DNA of 32,000 nucleotides from Halogeometricum borinquense DSM 11551 (GCF_000172995.2 NC_014736.1:120001-152000); one strand, 5' to 3'. Shown: positions 1 to 9,599, counted from the stretch's first letter. Notes: generated from the letters alone by a model not told the origin. Made by a program: numbers and translations.

Positions 1-342
1 CAGCCCACACAACCCGAATCAGAGGAATCAGTACCCGATACAGAACGCTCATCGAATCAATCAGCAACGGAGGAATCGACGGCTAGCTCGCCGGCGGACA
101 AATATCCGTACTTCGTCCGACGGAGTAACGTCGGAGATGAACGGGATACCCGTCTCGAGATTCACGTCCGGGACAAGGTAGCCGACCAAGAAGCCGCGTT
201 CCGGAGCGAACTCGCCGAGCAACTCGGAACAAACGAGGTCTCAAAAACGGATGCCCGTGAGTTCGCCCTCCTCATGGCGTATCAACATCCAGACCGCGTT
301 GCCGAACTGATGCAAGACGAAGGGTTCGGAACGCTCGGCTGA
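1..342 (+). CDS. hypothetical acidic protein, C-terminal part (5' end outside window)
   Basis: Frame 1 is open from base 1 to TGA at 340-342. It is absent from the ORF track because no start codon is in the window. Translation reads ...QPESEESVPDTERSS...ADKYPYFVRRSNVGDERDTRLEIHVRDKVADQEAAFRSELAEQLG...MAYQHPDRVAELMQDEGFGTLG. Third codon positions are mostly G/C, like the neighbouring genes. No family recognised by eye. Confidence 0.5.
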   Translation, partial: QPTQPESEESVPDTERSSNQSATEESTASSPADKYPYFVRRSNVGDERDTRLEIHVRDKVADQEAAFRSELAEQLGTNEVSKTDAREFALLMAYQHPDRVAELMQDEGFGTLG

Positions 343-598
343 GAGACATCTGAGAGGTATTTCAGAGTCGCTCCATCTCACGGGCGGCGCGTATTTCAGA
401 CAGTATCATAAGTTCGGCCTTATATCTGATAGTGATATACATTCGGTGAACGCGGAAACCGGGGTTCTATCACAGGTGGCGTGGGTGTGATAGTTATCCC
501 GTGCGTCCGGCACCAGACGTCGCAAGTTCCTAAGCACCAGTCCGATTGAACAGCGGTAACTGCTGTTCTGATGGTACTCTCAGCAACGCCTGAGGTAA

Positions 599-970
599 CT
601 ATCGACGCTTCATGGCCCGATAACCGAATATGCCAGACACGCTAATGAGAGCCACGAGAGCGAGGAGAATCTCATCGGTGAGTTCGCTGCCCTCGATGAG
701 AGCGGCAACGACCACGGTAACCCCAGAAAAAGCGAATACTGCCCACTCCTGCGGACGGGTCAAGTGCTGTTCAATCTCCTCACGAAACACCCAGTACACA
801 AAGAAGACCGCCATCGTGACACCGAGAATGAGGCCCCATTCACCAGGTGCCGCGCCGACTCCAATGAACAAGACTGCGGCGGCGCCCGCAAATAGCACTT
901 GGAACCCGAACCGGAGCCACGCCAAACTACTCCGTCCGGAATCGTCGTCTTCCGTCTGGTTCATCGACAT
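599..970 (-). CDS. small polytopic membrane protein, unknown function
   Basis: ORF 599..1024 (-). I prefer the internal ATG at 970 (MSMNQTEDDDSGRSS...). An acidic N-terminus is followed by about four hydrophobic helices (FGFQVLFAGAAAVLFIGV, LILGVTMAVFFVYWVF, WAVFAFSGVTVVVAALI, ILLALVALISVSGIFGY). The overlapping + ORF 630..1109 is Ser/Arg/Thr-rich and looks like an antisense shadow. Confidence 0.6.
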   Translation of the reverse strand: MSMNQTEDDDSGRSSLAWLRFGFQVLFAGAAAVLFIGVGAAPGEWGLILGVTMAVFFVYWVFREEIEQHLTRPQEWAVFAFSGVTVVVAALIEGSELTDEILLALVALISVSGIFGYRAMKRR

Positions 971-1197
971 ACGCACACCTTCACGCTGCAAGACATATGT
1001 TTGTCGTGTTCCGCAGATTTCCACCGATAGCTGTAGCTTTGGTCCTCAACTTAGCGAAGGTCGAAGGTCGGAACACCGCCTCGTCACGAGCATAGAGGAC
1101 CTACCGTGAAAACAGACGGGAAGGGAAAGTGATCAGCTCACTGTAAACCGCACAGAGGGCCAAAATCGGCAGATTGCGGTCGTGTCAATAGGTTTTT

Positions 1198-2448
1198 GTG
1201 TGGCTGGTCGTGTCTTTCTTTCACTGGATGACCGGCCTCAAGCACCGACGGACACTGTTCGTCATGGTCCTCTCGAATCTAGTGTTACTTGCGGGCGTGT
1301 TCGTGTTCGATTGGAACCCACACCTGCTTTTACTGCTGTACTGGTTTGAGGTGGGGGTCGTCGTCATTCGAGCGGCTATCCAATCGTTGTTCGCAGAGTT
1401 ACCGCCCTCCGAGGGGTACAAACCAACTGGGTCAAGAGCGCCGTTCCCGCTTAAGCTTCTAGCGGAGGTCCGCGGTGGTTTCCACCCCGTGCGCTGGCTA
1501 CCTCCGGTGTACCCGCAGAACATTCCGTACATCCTACTTACATTGATCCCACTTGCCGCCTTCTGGCCGTTTGGGGGACTCATGTTGACCGGTGTCATTT
1601 CTCCGGTCGTCGAGACGTTTGTCCCGCCAGCATCAGCCGCCGTTGCCGCGTTCACCATTCTCGTCAGCCAGTTGTTCGAGCTGGCGGACTGGCTCCGGTC
1701 TCACAAATACGAGACAGTTGCGGCGACCGGCGGTATCTCCCGAACAGCCTTGGTGCTGCTGTTCGCTCTCGCGTTCGTCGCGCCATTCATCGTCGGGATT
1801 GCCGAGGCGGCCGGTGTCGCCCGGGTTGGACTCGGCCTCGTACTCGTCGGGTCCAAAGCCGCCTACGACTTCCTCGAAATTCGAAACCCCGGCTTCGTCC
1901 ATACAACGATGTTCATCGACGAGACGGTCGGGGAGACATCGACAGTTGACGTTCCCGACGGTGAACCAATCGCAGAGTTTCACACCGACCGACGTGCGGG
2001 AGTCGCCGTCTCGGTGTTCGGCGGTGTCTTGATTTCGATCTTCGGACCGACGCTTTTACTCGTTCTCCTCGGCGGACTGGCGGGAATGTTAATTGGTGGC
2101 AGTTTATTCGGGACACCACACGGTCCCGTAATCGGTGCCGCGGTCGGGGGCGCTGCCGTCGTCGCCGGTCGCGTTCTTGCACAGCTCGTCGTCGGCTGGA
2201 TTGAGGGCGCACACCTCGTCTATCGCGTCTATCCCGACGCCGTCGTTGCACACAACGCACTAACCAACGAAGCACAGTGGTCCGTCCCTCGCGCGGATAT
2301 CTCCGGCGTGAGTATCTCAGACGGGGTTCTATCATCCATCCTCCCCGGATGGTTTGGATCAGTCAGACTCGACCGGTACAGAGGAGAGAGCCGCAAAATC
2401 GCATATCTCCCTGATGCCGATGCAGTTGTGAGGCTGCTCGATACCTGA
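1198..2448 (+). CDS. polytopic membrane protein with soluble C-terminal domain, unknown function (N-terminal part recalls DUF6498-type proteins)
   Basis: 416-codon ORF with GTG at 1198; alternative ATGs at 1228 and 1264. It has many hydrophobic segments. The motif NLVLLAGVFVFDWNPHLLLLLYWFEVGVVVIRAAIQ resembles what I remember of DUF6498 membrane proteins, which needs an HMM check. The last approx 80 aa (HLVYRVYPDAVVAHN...VRLDRYRGESRKIAYLPDADAVVRLL) are non-membrane. Confidence 0.6.
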   Translation: MWLVVSFFHWMTGLKHRRTLFVMVLSNLVLLAGVFVFDWNPHLLLLLYWFEVGVVVIRAAIQSLFAELPPSEGYKPTGSRAPFPLKLLAEVRGGFHPVRWLPPVYPQNIPYILLTLIPLAAFWPFGGLMLTGVISPVVETFVPPASAAVAAFTILVSQLFELADWLRSHKYETVAATGGISRTALVLLFALAFVAPFIVGIAEAAGVARVGLGLVLVGSKAAYDFLEIRNPGFVHTTMFIDETVGETSTVDVPDGEPIAEFHTDRRAGVAVSVFGGVLISIFGPTLLLVLLGGLAGMLIGGSLFGTPHGPVIGAAVGGAAVVAGRVLAQLVVGWIEGAHLVYRVYPDAVVAHNALTNEAQWSVPRADISGVSISDGVLSSILPGWFGSVRLDRYRGESRKIAYLPDADAVVRLLDT

Positions 2449-2753
2449 CGGCACTCCGATCATCAAGGATTGGCAGGAGTGCATCCGACGGATTTGTCGA
2501 TTAGAATAGTATTTAAGAATCATTTTCTAATCGAGAAATAGTAGACGATGCCCTCCACTCCCGATCTCGAACGCCCACCGAACGGGGTCTCGACGAGCCA
2601 CAGTGGTCAGCATCCATCGATGCGCTCCGCGATGTCGAAGTCGTTCACGACCGCCTTCCAGACCGGTCACTTGGTACTCGGACAGTCGCCGTAACGACAG
2701 GGTGGGGTGATGACGAATCAGAGCGGTACGTTGGGCCATTCACTGATCTGGAC

Positions 2754-2987
2754 ATGGCTGTGGAGAAACTGAGATTGTCACTACGAACAATAGAACTGGA
2801 ACCACCCAATCAACCCTTCATCGTCGGCACGGTCGTTTCCATCGTCGGGTTAGTCGTCGCTGCCATCGTGATGACGGTGAGCCCGTGGGCAACCTCCGGT
2901 TCGAAGATATACGCCGTAATTCTGTACCCGTTCCTAGTGCTCGTTCCAAAAGAGTGCTGGGACCGGGTATATCCAGATCCAGAATAG
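2754..2987 (+). CDS. possible small membrane protein (2 TM)
   Basis: 77-aa ORF with two hydrophobic stretches (FIVGTVVSIVGLVVAAIVMTV, IYAVILYPFLVLV). No recognisable family. The coding status is weak. Confidence 0.3.
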   Translation: MAVEKLRLSLRTIELEPPNQPFIVGTVVSIVGLVVAAIVMTVSPWATSGSKIYAVILYPFLVLVPKECWDRVYPDPE

Positions 2988-3233
2988 ACTACAGCGGCTC
3001 TACTGAAACCCGTAGAGAGTTACAGGTTCGCCCGATAGTGTGTCCGGATACAGCACCGTCCAAAATCGCAGTTACTGCGGTTCGGTACGACGACCAGAAA
3101 ATTCGGACGGTAACCCATGATTTGGATGTCCGTCCGCTTACGGTGCTGGCGGAATAGTGCTGTGAACACGTTCTCGACTGTCTCACTCACAACATCGACA
3201 AGACACTCTGAACGGTGGATGTAGGGTAGTAGT

Positions 3234-3449
3234 CTATCGGCGCTTCAGTAGCACAGAAACAAGCATAACCGCCGCAAAGAGGAGTGTTAATCCCGTTACT
3301 CCGACTCCGAAAACGTAGTACGGGTTTGTAAAATCGGGGCTGTTGAGGAACAAAAAGAGGCTAAAACTCGAACCCATCAACAGAATCACCGCAGACAGAA
3401 CACTCGGATTATACCGGTCTTCGAGCGAATCCAGAACTGTCCCATACAT
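3234..3449 (-). CDS. possible small membrane protein (2 TM)
   Basis: 71-aa ORF with two hydrophobic helices (VLSAVILLMGSSFSLFLFL, VFGVGVTGLTLLFAAVMLVSVLL) and a basic C-terminus (KRR). No family recognised. Confidence 0.4.
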   Translation of the reverse strand: MYGTVLDSLEDRYNPSVLSAVILLMGSSFSLFLFLNSPDFTNPYYVFGVGVTGLTLLFAAVMLVSVLLKRR

Positions 3450-3814
3450 ATCACTATATTGATTATTATGGCGTATAACGGTTGCGGTCGGGAAAACCCA
3501 ATACGTTCGTATACCTACCTAACAGCCGTTTTATCGGGAATGAGATCCAGCTGATAGGAATTCGACAGAACCACTACGTCAGACGATTCTCGCTTAGAGA
3601 CGCACTAGAGACGGGCATATGAGATGCGGTAGACACCGGACTCGGCGGTGGCACGTCTGTCCGCAGATTGCATCAGTATCACCTGGTATCATTTATGTTC
3701 GCTGAGATATAAGTGCTGCCAGAACAAACCAGGTATCGCAGTGATACTAGCCGAAACCACTTCGATGGCCGCATCGATTTACAACCATCCGAATACGCAG
3801 GAGGTGGGGCACTA

Positions 3815-4222
3815 ATGGCATTCGATGCTGGATTCGGTGCCATCGCGTTCCTCATCGCACGTGTCCTGTTCGGCGGACTCCTCGCATTCCAAGGACTCAA
3901 TCACTTCCTGAATGTCAGTGAGATGGCCGGATACGCTGAAGCGAAAGGGATTCCAGCAGCCAAAGCGAGTGTGCTGCTATCCGGTGGGGTACTCCTCTTC
4001 GGTGGTCTCGGCATCACGTTCGGAGTCTTTCCAGCGATTGCTGCGGGAGCAATCGCGCTGTTCCTGCTCGTCACGACACCGACGATGCACAACTTCTGGG
4101 CGGTGCCGGAAGATCAACAGCAGGCCGAGATGACGCACTTCATCAAAAACGCCGAACTCATCGGCGCAGCGTTGGTCTTTCTCGCCCTCGGAAGTGAGTC
4201 ATGGGCGTATGCGCTGCTCTAG
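3815..4222 (+). CDS. DoxX family membrane protein
   Basis: ATG at 3815 is preceded by GGAGGTGG. The sequence MAFDAGFGAIAFLIARVLFGGLLAFQGLNHF...LLFGGLGITFGVFPAIAAGAIALFLLVTTPTMHNFW...FIKNAELIGAALVFLAL shows the four-helix pattern and conserved R-x-(L/V)-x-G...G..H / H.FW features typical of DoxX proteins. The upstream part of ORF 3713..4222 looks non-coding. Confidence 0.8.
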   Translation: MAFDAGFGAIAFLIARVLFGGLLAFQGLNHFLNVSEMAGYAEAKGIPAAKASVLLSGGVLLFGGLGITFGVFPAIAAGAIALFLLVTTPTMHNFWAVPEDQQQAEMTHFIKNAELIGAALVFLALGSESWAYALL

Positions 4223-4269
4223 ACACGACCGAACCGTGCGTTAGACGTGCCGGTAGCGGTTCTAACTCA

Positions 4270-5469
4270 TCAGTACGCATCCCGTAGCACGTCTGCGATT
4301 TCTTCGCTTGTCGGATCGAGACCGGACGGTGCGTTCGCCATGAACGGATCAGCGAGTACCGACTCGGCCACGTCAGGGAACGCGGCGGGGTCGGGTCCAT
4401 CAACGTCCCTGAGGCGCGAGGGAAGAGAAAGTGCATCCCGGACCCACTCGACGGACGCAACAATGTCTTCAGCGGACGCTGAAACGTCACTACAGAGTGC
4501 TTCCGCAAGTAGCTCGCGCCGACCAGCAACGTTCTCAAAGAGGTAGCTGAGTACGTGCGGCGCGATGATTCCGTGCATAGCCCCCTGCTGAACAGCAGAG
4601 GAGCGCGTCAGTGCGTGGCCGAACGCGTGGATGATCGACAGCGTCGTCTCACCAGGTCTCGAAATCCCATACTGAACCAAGAGAAGTCCCTGAGCGACCG
4701 GTTCGAGAGCCTTCTCGGAGACAGATTGCTCGTTGAGTTGTCTGAGACCACCTTCGAGCAGTTTGAGCCCTCGAACCGCTGTTGCGTCCGTTATCGGCGT
4801 TGCGTTTCGAGCATAAATCGTTTCGATGCCTTTGTCGAACCCGTTCATCGCAGAGGCGGCGAGAATCTGTTTCGGTGTGGTGGCGAACAGTACGGGGTCG
4901 TAAAAGGTCGCCCGGGGCATCAGCCGTGGGTCCGAAATCCCCCCACTCACAGGACGTTCGACAAGTCCGGATTCGGGCGAAGCCGTCACACCAGCCACGG
5001 TAGACAGATCTGCACCGGCTAGCGTGGTCGGAACGACGACGATAGGCGTTACCGAGCCGGACGGGACAGAAATCGTTCCGGTTTCACCAAACTCCGCACC
5101 GACCGCTTGTGGGTCGCGGTCGTCCGCAGCGAGGACACTGATGACCTTAGCAACGTCGAGACTGCTGCCGCCGCCAAGGCTCACGAGAACATCCGCGTCG
5201 GCCTCTTCCATGGCTTCGAGCCCGTCGTAGGCTGTTTGGAGTCGTTTTTCGGGCGTTGTCTCGGCAAAGACGCCTGCAAGCTTTGTGCCGAGTCCATCGG
5301 TTACCGGCTCGATGACTGCCGGTGTGGTTCCGACGGTCGAGCCGCTAACGACGAGTGCGCGCTCAGATCCCAGCCGCTCTAGCTCCGCTGAAAGGCTATC
5401 GACGCAACCGGCACCGTATTGTAGGACACCGGGGTTGTACTCGAATCGGAACCGATCAGACTGGCTCAT
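4270..5469 (-). CDS. iron-containing alcohol dehydrogenase family oxidoreductase (maleylacetate-reductase-like)
   Basis: 399 aa. N-terminus is FRFEYNPGVLQYGAGCVDSLSAELERLGSERALVVSG. It has a GGGSSLDVAK nucleotide-binding motif and His-rich metal-site motifs (IIHAFGHALT, MHGIIAPHVL), which are hallmarks of the Fe-ADH family. The subfamily (maleylacetate reductase versus generic) cannot be decided by eye. Confidence 0.85.
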   Translation of the reverse strand: MSQSDRFRFEYNPGVLQYGAGCVDSLSAELERLGSERALVVSGSTVGTTPAVIEPVTDGLGTKLAGVFAETTPEKRLQTAYDGLEAMEEADADVLVSLGGGSSLDVAKVISVLAADDRDPQAVGAEFGETGTISVPSGSVTPIVVVPTTLAGADLSTVAGVTASPESGLVERPVSGGISDPRLMPRATFYDPVLFATTPKQILAASAMNGFDKGIETIYARNATPITDATAVRGLKLLEGGLRQLNEQSVSEKALEPVAQGLLLVQYGISRPGETTLSIIHAFGHALTRSSAVQQGAMHGIIAPHVLSYLFENVAGRRELLAEALCSDVSASAEDIVASVEWVRDALSLPSRLRDVDGPDPAAFPDVAESVLADPFMANAPSGLDPTSEEIADVLRDAY

Positions 5470-5484
5470 TCTCCAATCTACACG

Positions 5485-6534
5485 TTACTCCCACTCAAAC
5501 CCTCGTGGGGATGTCGGCGGGGCAAGCGGACTCGACGGAAGTTCACCGCTCGGGTCAGGGTCGTTGTAGGCCTTCGGTGCCACATCGTTCGGCGCGTCCG
5601 GATAGAACAGTGATGCGACCGCATGGATATGTTCGCGACCGACGTCGAGTTCGAATTGGCCGCCGCCGAACATCCGAATATCGTGGTCGCGGCAGTAATC
5701 AATCGTCTCGAAAAGCGACTGTACCGAGCCGAATCGGGACGGCTTGATGTTGAGCCAGTCCGGTTCCCACGGGAGGTCTTTGACTGTCTCGACACTCCGA
5801 ATCGGATAATCCCACGTCACGCGAGCTTCGTGTCCCTCGAATAGAGGTCGCGTTTCCTCGTTCAGTTCCGGATCCTCGATGAGGGCGTTCGGGAAGCCCT
5901 CGATGACCCGTTGATACAGTTCCGGGTCGGCGGGTTGATCGACCGTCGTGCCGTGATACTGTCCCTTGAGATCGAGCGTTTGGACCGCCTCGGTCTCCGC
6001 AAGCCGTTCGACGACATCGACCGTCCACTCGGAGGTCGGGTCGAGCTTGAACGCTAAATTTGGGTTGCGGTCGAGCCAGTCGATAACCCGGTCGCCGGTC
6101 GGAGGTTCAGCCAAGCGCGTACTCACGACGAATCGAACTGGGTCGTACGTGCGACCGAGGCACTCAGCGAGATTCGTGTCGGCCTGTTTCAGCGCAAGAT
6201 CGAGCGCGGCGCTCTCGAAGGCCCAGCGGCGGTAGTTCCGGAAAATAGACTGCCCGGGCGATTCACCGTCGAAGAAATCGATCTCGGCGACGTGTGCGGA
6301 GAATTCATCGACGGTGTATCGCCCTGCGAGATCAAACTCCGTCGAGGAATCCCGAAGCGAATAATGGGCGTCATTGTCGTACGTCACATCCTCCCCCTGT
6401 CCAACTTCACCATCGCCGTGGAGCGAGATGACAGTCGTCGCCCGAGTGAATCCACTCGACGTATCGCGCTCGCGCTGGGCGAGGTCGTACGTATCGATTG
6501 TCAAATCGAGATCAGCAACGTGGTCGTAGAGCAT
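5485..6534 (-). CDS. enolase-superfamily-like protein (mandelate racemase / muconate-lactonizing-enzyme-type barrel), function unknown
   Basis: I start it at ATG 6534 (MLYDHVADLDL...); the ORF-track N-terminal extension is hydrophobic junk. Motifs resemble MR/MLE barrel metal-ligand strands: LAFKLDPTSEWT (like l.vDaN..wt), ALIEDPE (like iEqP), VTWDYPIRS, WLNIKPSRFGSV. It lies 15 nt upstream of the Fe-ADH gene on the same strand, so they are a likely operon. Confidence 0.5.
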   Translation of the reverse strand: MLYDHVADLDLTIDTYDLAQRERDTSSGFTRATTVISLHGDGEVGQGEDVTYDNDAHYSLRDSSTEFDLAGRYTVDEFSAHVAEIDFFDGESPGQSIFRNYRRWAFESAALDLALKQADTNLAECLGRTYDPVRFVVSTRLAEPPTGDRVIDWLDRNPNLAFKLDPTSEWTVDVVERLAETEAVQTLDLKGQYHGTTVDQPADPELYQRVIEGFPNALIEDPELNEETRPLFEGHEARVTWDYPIRSVETVKDLPWEPDWLNIKPSRFGSVQSLFETIDYCRDHDIRMFGGGQFELDVGREHIHAVASLFYPDAPNDVAPKAYNDPDPSGELPSSPLAPPTSPRGFEWE

Positions 6535-6775
6535 ACCCTCCCATACGAACACAACTAGTATAAAACCACGAAACGGAGAAGGTGTGATTCCGGTTAAGTA
6601 TTCTTTCTCAACTGTGTAGTTTGTCACAACTAACGACCAATGCTAACAACTAACATATACTGTGCCAAATATGCGGATACTCGATATCACAGTACTCAGA
6701 ACGCTTTCGGACGAATATTCGGACAGTTAGACCGTCAGCGAACGGTGAGTACGTGAATATCGAGCGGAGAGAGCC

Positions 6776-7408
6776 ATGGTAAACGAGACTGCAAGTCCGA
6801 GCGATCAGTTGCTCACACAACAGAACTGTGCGATAACGCTCATCGATCACCAACCCGAGATGGTACTCGGGGTCAATACCATCGAAACCGGCGCCCTTCG
6901 AAACAACGTTGCTGGTCTCGCAAAGACGGCCGATGCGTACGATATCCCGGTTGTCCTTTCGAGTATCACCAAAGAGTACAACGGGCCACTTTTCGAGGAG
7001 ATACGGGAGATACTGCCGGACGAAGACGTAATCGACCGGACGACGATGAATTCGTGGGAGGATGAGGCGTACGTCGAGGCAGTCGAGGAAACCGGCCGCG
7101 ACCGACTGGTCATGGCTGGCCTCTGGACGGAAGTGTGCGTTTGTTTCGCCGCCCTCTCAGCCATGGAGGCGGGATACGATGTCTACGTCGTGGTCGATGC
7201 CTGTGGCGGGCGGACGGCCGCAGATCACGAGTATTCGATGGAGCGAATGATGAACGCGGGTGCGATACCGGTCACGTGGGCACAGGTACTCTACGAACTA
7301 CAGCGAGACTGGGCAGCAGATGGTGCCGAAGAGGCCCACCAGATCTCAATCGATCACGCTGGTGACTTCGGAGTGGCTGTCGAATTCGCGGACTTCCAAA
7401 CCAAATAG
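6776..7408 (+). CDS. isochorismatase-family cysteine hydrolase (YcaC-like)
   Basis: 210 aa. ITLIDHQPEM (catalytic Asp region), YDIPVVLSS, VIDRTTMNSWEDEAYVEAVEETGRDRLVMAGLWTEVCVCFAALSA (nucleophile Cys in the TEVC motif), VVVDACGG. Confidence 0.85.
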   Translation: MVNETASPSDQLLTQQNCAITLIDHQPEMVLGVNTIETGALRNNVAGLAKTADAYDIPVVLSSITKEYNGPLFEEIREILPDEDVIDRTTMNSWEDEAYVEAVEETGRDRLVMAGLWTEVCVCFAALSAMEAGYDVYVVVDACGGRTAADHEYSMERMMNAGAIPVTWAQVLYELQRDWAADGAEEAHQISIDHAGDFGVAVEFADFQTK

Positions 7409-7426
7409 AAACGCTGGACAGCGTCG

Positions 7427-7456
7427 GGGGACCGCGCCGTACCAGTCCCCGTTTTC
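7427..7456 (+). terminator. stem-loop plus T-tract downstream of the isochorismatase gene
   Basis: GGGGAC (7427-7432) pairs with GTCCCC (7445-7450) across a 12-nt loop and is followed by GTTTTC. It sits 19 nt after the stop at 7408, between convergent genes. Confidence 0.35.
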
Positions 7457-7532
7457 TTGGTGGTGAGTGAGGCCTCCGGCGGCCGTCGGTGCCGTCTCGA
7501 ATAATAAACTCGTGCGACGAATTTCGGACAGA

Positions 7533-8201
7533 TTACTCAGACGCCTCCCCGCTAGAGAAGCCAATCTCCTCGTGCGTTCCATCGCAAGACGGTTTATCGT
7601 TGGAGCCACCACAGCGACACAGCGTCGCACCATCGCCACAACGCTTTGCCCCACCGTCGTGGCCCTGCATCTCGAATCGACCCTCCACACGGAGTGGCCC
7701 GTCGGGTAACGGTGTCACCCGTAACGTCCCATCTCTCTCCGATGGAGAGTGGGACGTGTGACCGTCTGAGATGGTTCCAGATGCTTCGAACTCAACTGCC
7801 TCGTGGCTGTTATCACAGAGCGGCTTATTCGATGATGCCCCGCATCGACACAGGGCAACGCGTGTATCGCGGATCAGAACCGTCTCGTCTGGTGAAGTAA
7901 TCTCAACGTCACCTGCAAGATAGAGCGGGCCGTCGGGCACAACGGAGACTGTATTTTGCTCCGGGACCGGTTCCTCGTAATCAGTATCAGTTCGTTCGAA
8001 CTGTAAGGCTCCGGTCGGACACTGCATGATCACCGACATCAACTCCTCGACAGCAGCGTTGTCGGGTTCGATCCACGGACGTTTGTCGGGGTCGAACACG
8101 TCCGGAAGCCCGCGAACGCATTCTCTGGCGTGAATGCATCGGTTCACGTCGTATTCGACCACAATATCCTCACCCGTGTACTGGTGGATGTCTTCTTTCA
8201 T
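7533..8201 (-). CDS. iron-sulfur protein: divergent 4Fe-4S ferredoxin-like N-domain plus two CDGSH-type domains
   Basis: I start it at ATG 8201 (MKEDIHQYTGEDIVVEYDVNRCIHARECVRGLPDVFD...IMQCPTGAL). There are two CDGSH signatures: CRCGASSNKPLCDNSHE and CRCGGSNDKPSCDGTHE. The 61-codon upstream extension in the ORF track has no coding look. Confidence 0.8.
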   Translation of the reverse strand: MKEDIHQYTGEDIVVEYDVNRCIHARECVRGLPDVFDPDKRPWIEPDNAAVEELMSVIMQCPTGALQFERTDTDYEEPVPEQNTVSVVPDGPLYLAGDVEITSPDETVLIRDTRVALCRCGASSNKPLCDNSHEAVEFEASGTISDGHTSHSPSERDGTLRVTPLPDGPLRVEGRFEMQGHDGGAKRCGDGATLCRCGGSNDKPSCDGTHEEIGFSSGEASE

Positions 8202-8444
8202 CTCGTGATCCGGACTGCTTCGAACAAGGGTGTCACAGGATGTCAAGGTTCGGGTCAGCGTATGAATGACGAGTTGGCCGCAGACAAACTCCAAGAAATG
8301 TATGCGATAAATCATATCGTTCCGTTTCAAATCTTTCAGTTCACCGAACAGCGGCATGACTACCACCAGGTGAAGCCGATGCAACCTGATTGTATGTCTG
8401 ATACTTGATACTTTATGACCCTCGGCCGTTTACACCCATATGCA

Positions 8445-9086
8445 ATGGCACAAACCGATACCGACGACAAACCGAGTCCGTTCTTTAACGAAGACGACAC
8501 CGCACTGCTCCTGATCGACCACCAGACTGGGCTGTTGCAGGGTGTCGAGAACCAAGATACGGTCTCGCTCCGTAACAACGTCCTCGCACTTGCCGAGGTC
8601 GCAAAGCTGTACGATCTGCCGGTCGTACTCACCACCAGCCGTGCCGAGGGTCCGAACGGTCCGCTCCTCCCCAAGCTGAACGAAATGTTCCCGGAAGTCG
8701 AAGTGATCGACCGCTCGCTCGTCAACGCATGGGATGACCCGGCGTTCGTTGAGGCCGTCGAGGAGACGGGTCGGTCGAATCTGATCATGGCCGGCATCCT
8801 CACCGAAGTCTGCGTGGCGTTCCCGGCAATCAGCGCAGCCCAAGAGGGATACAACGTCCAAGCGGTGCTCGACGCGTCAGGGTCGCTCAACGACCGCGCT
8901 GAGCAGGCAGCCATGTCCCGGATGGAACAGGCCGGCGTTGACCTGACCTCGTGGTTTACCGTCTCCTCGGAGATGCTGAAAGATTGGACGAAGGATGTCG
9001 CTCCCGAACAGGCAGCACACTTCAGTGAACGGACCGGGTTCTACGAACTCGTGTTAGAGAGCTTCAACGCAAGCAGCGCAGAATAA
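8445..9086 (+). CDS. isochorismatase-family cysteine hydrolase (YcaC-like), paralog of 6776..7408
   Basis: ATG 8445 (MAQTDTDDKPSPFFNEDDTALLLIDHQTGLL...). It shares LIDHQ, LRNNV, YD(I/L)PVVL, VIDR..(V/M)N(A/S)W(D/E)D.A(F/Y)VEAVEETGR..L(I/V)MAG..TEVCV.F.A(I/L)SA and the DA.G motifs with the gene at 6776. Confidence 0.85.
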   Translation: MAQTDTDDKPSPFFNEDDTALLLIDHQTGLLQGVENQDTVSLRNNVLALAEVAKLYDLPVVLTTSRAEGPNGPLLPKLNEMFPEVEVIDRSLVNAWDDPAFVEAVEETGRSNLIMAGILTEVCVAFPAISAAQEGYNVQAVLDASGSLNDRAEQAAMSRMEQAGVDLTSWFTVSSEMLKDWTKDVAPEQAAHFSERTGFYELVLESFNASSAE

Positions 9087-9187
9087 CACCGCAGACGATG
9101 CTGTATTTCGGACGGTCAGTATGGCGTGACTGAAACGCCCTGAAAGACGGTGTGGACCACTTTTTTGGATGGCTCGGTGAGCAGCGA

Positions 9188-9559
9188 TCACTCGGGCGAG
9201 TTGACGTCGGCAGCCGAGTCCGCTTCCCATTTCTTCGACCACTTCTCTAGCTCGTCGAATACGGGACAGAGCGATGCGCCCTTCGCAGTGAGACTGTAGT
9301 ACGTTGCGACAGGAGCATCTTCTTCGAGACGGCGCTCTACGTGCCCCATCTCTTGGAGGTCGTCTAAGACGCGTGAGAGAGTCCGGCTCGACGCTCCAGT
9401 CGAGCGCTTGAGCTCGTTAAATCGCTTCTCACTGTTCTGGAGATCGTAGAGTACAAGCAATCTCCACTGCGATCCAAGGTTGCTGATCGAATCGACGACT
9501 CGACGTTCTTCCTCGCTAAGCGTTTCATCCACTCCTGAATCGTCCGTTGGTACTGACAT
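9188..9559 (-). CDS. HxlR-family winged-helix transcriptional regulator
   Basis: ATG 9559 (MSVPTDDSG...). GSQWRLLVLYDLQNSEKRFNELKRSTGASSRTLSRVLDDLQEMGHVERR...YYSLTAKG is the classical HxlR/DUF24 pattern. It is divergent from the VOC gene with a 76-nt spacer. Confidence 0.85.
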   Translation of the reverse strand: MSVPTDDSGVDETLSEEERRVVDSISNLGSQWRLLVLYDLQNSEKRFNELKRSTGASSRTLSRVLDDLQEMGHVERRLEEDAPVATYYSLTAKGASLCPVFDELEKWSKKWEADSAADVNSPE

Positions 9560-9593
9560 CGCTGTCACCTGGTGATACTGTTGTCCGCGAGCG

Positions 9594-9599
9594 TTTATA
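9594..9599. promoter_or_regulatory. TATA-box-like element in the hxlR / VOC divergent intergenic region
   Basis: TTTATA at 9594-9599 lies 37 nt upstream of the VOC ATG (9636) and 35 nt from the hxlR ATG (9559). The near-symmetric A/T hexamer could serve short-leader transcripts in either direction. This rests on position only. Confidence 0.3.

Noticed and set aside
2548-2694. 48-codon ORF (MPSTPDLERPPNGVSTSHSGQHPSMRSAMSKSFTTAFQTGHLVLGQSP) with G/C-rich third positions in the 2449-2753 gap, and the antisense 70-aa ORF 2527..2739.
   Set aside because: It has no motif, no hydrophobic or zinc-finger character and no obvious start context. It may be a gene remnant. The evidence is insufficient to call a CDS.
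6745-6760. 16-mer GTGAGTACGTGAATAT upstream of the first isochorismatase gene, matching GTGAGTACATGAATAT at 12530-12545 (15/16), considered as a shared regulatory motif.
   Set aside because: A rough expectation for 15/16 matches between any two sites in 32 kb on both strands is several by chance. No third copy was seen upstream of related genes.
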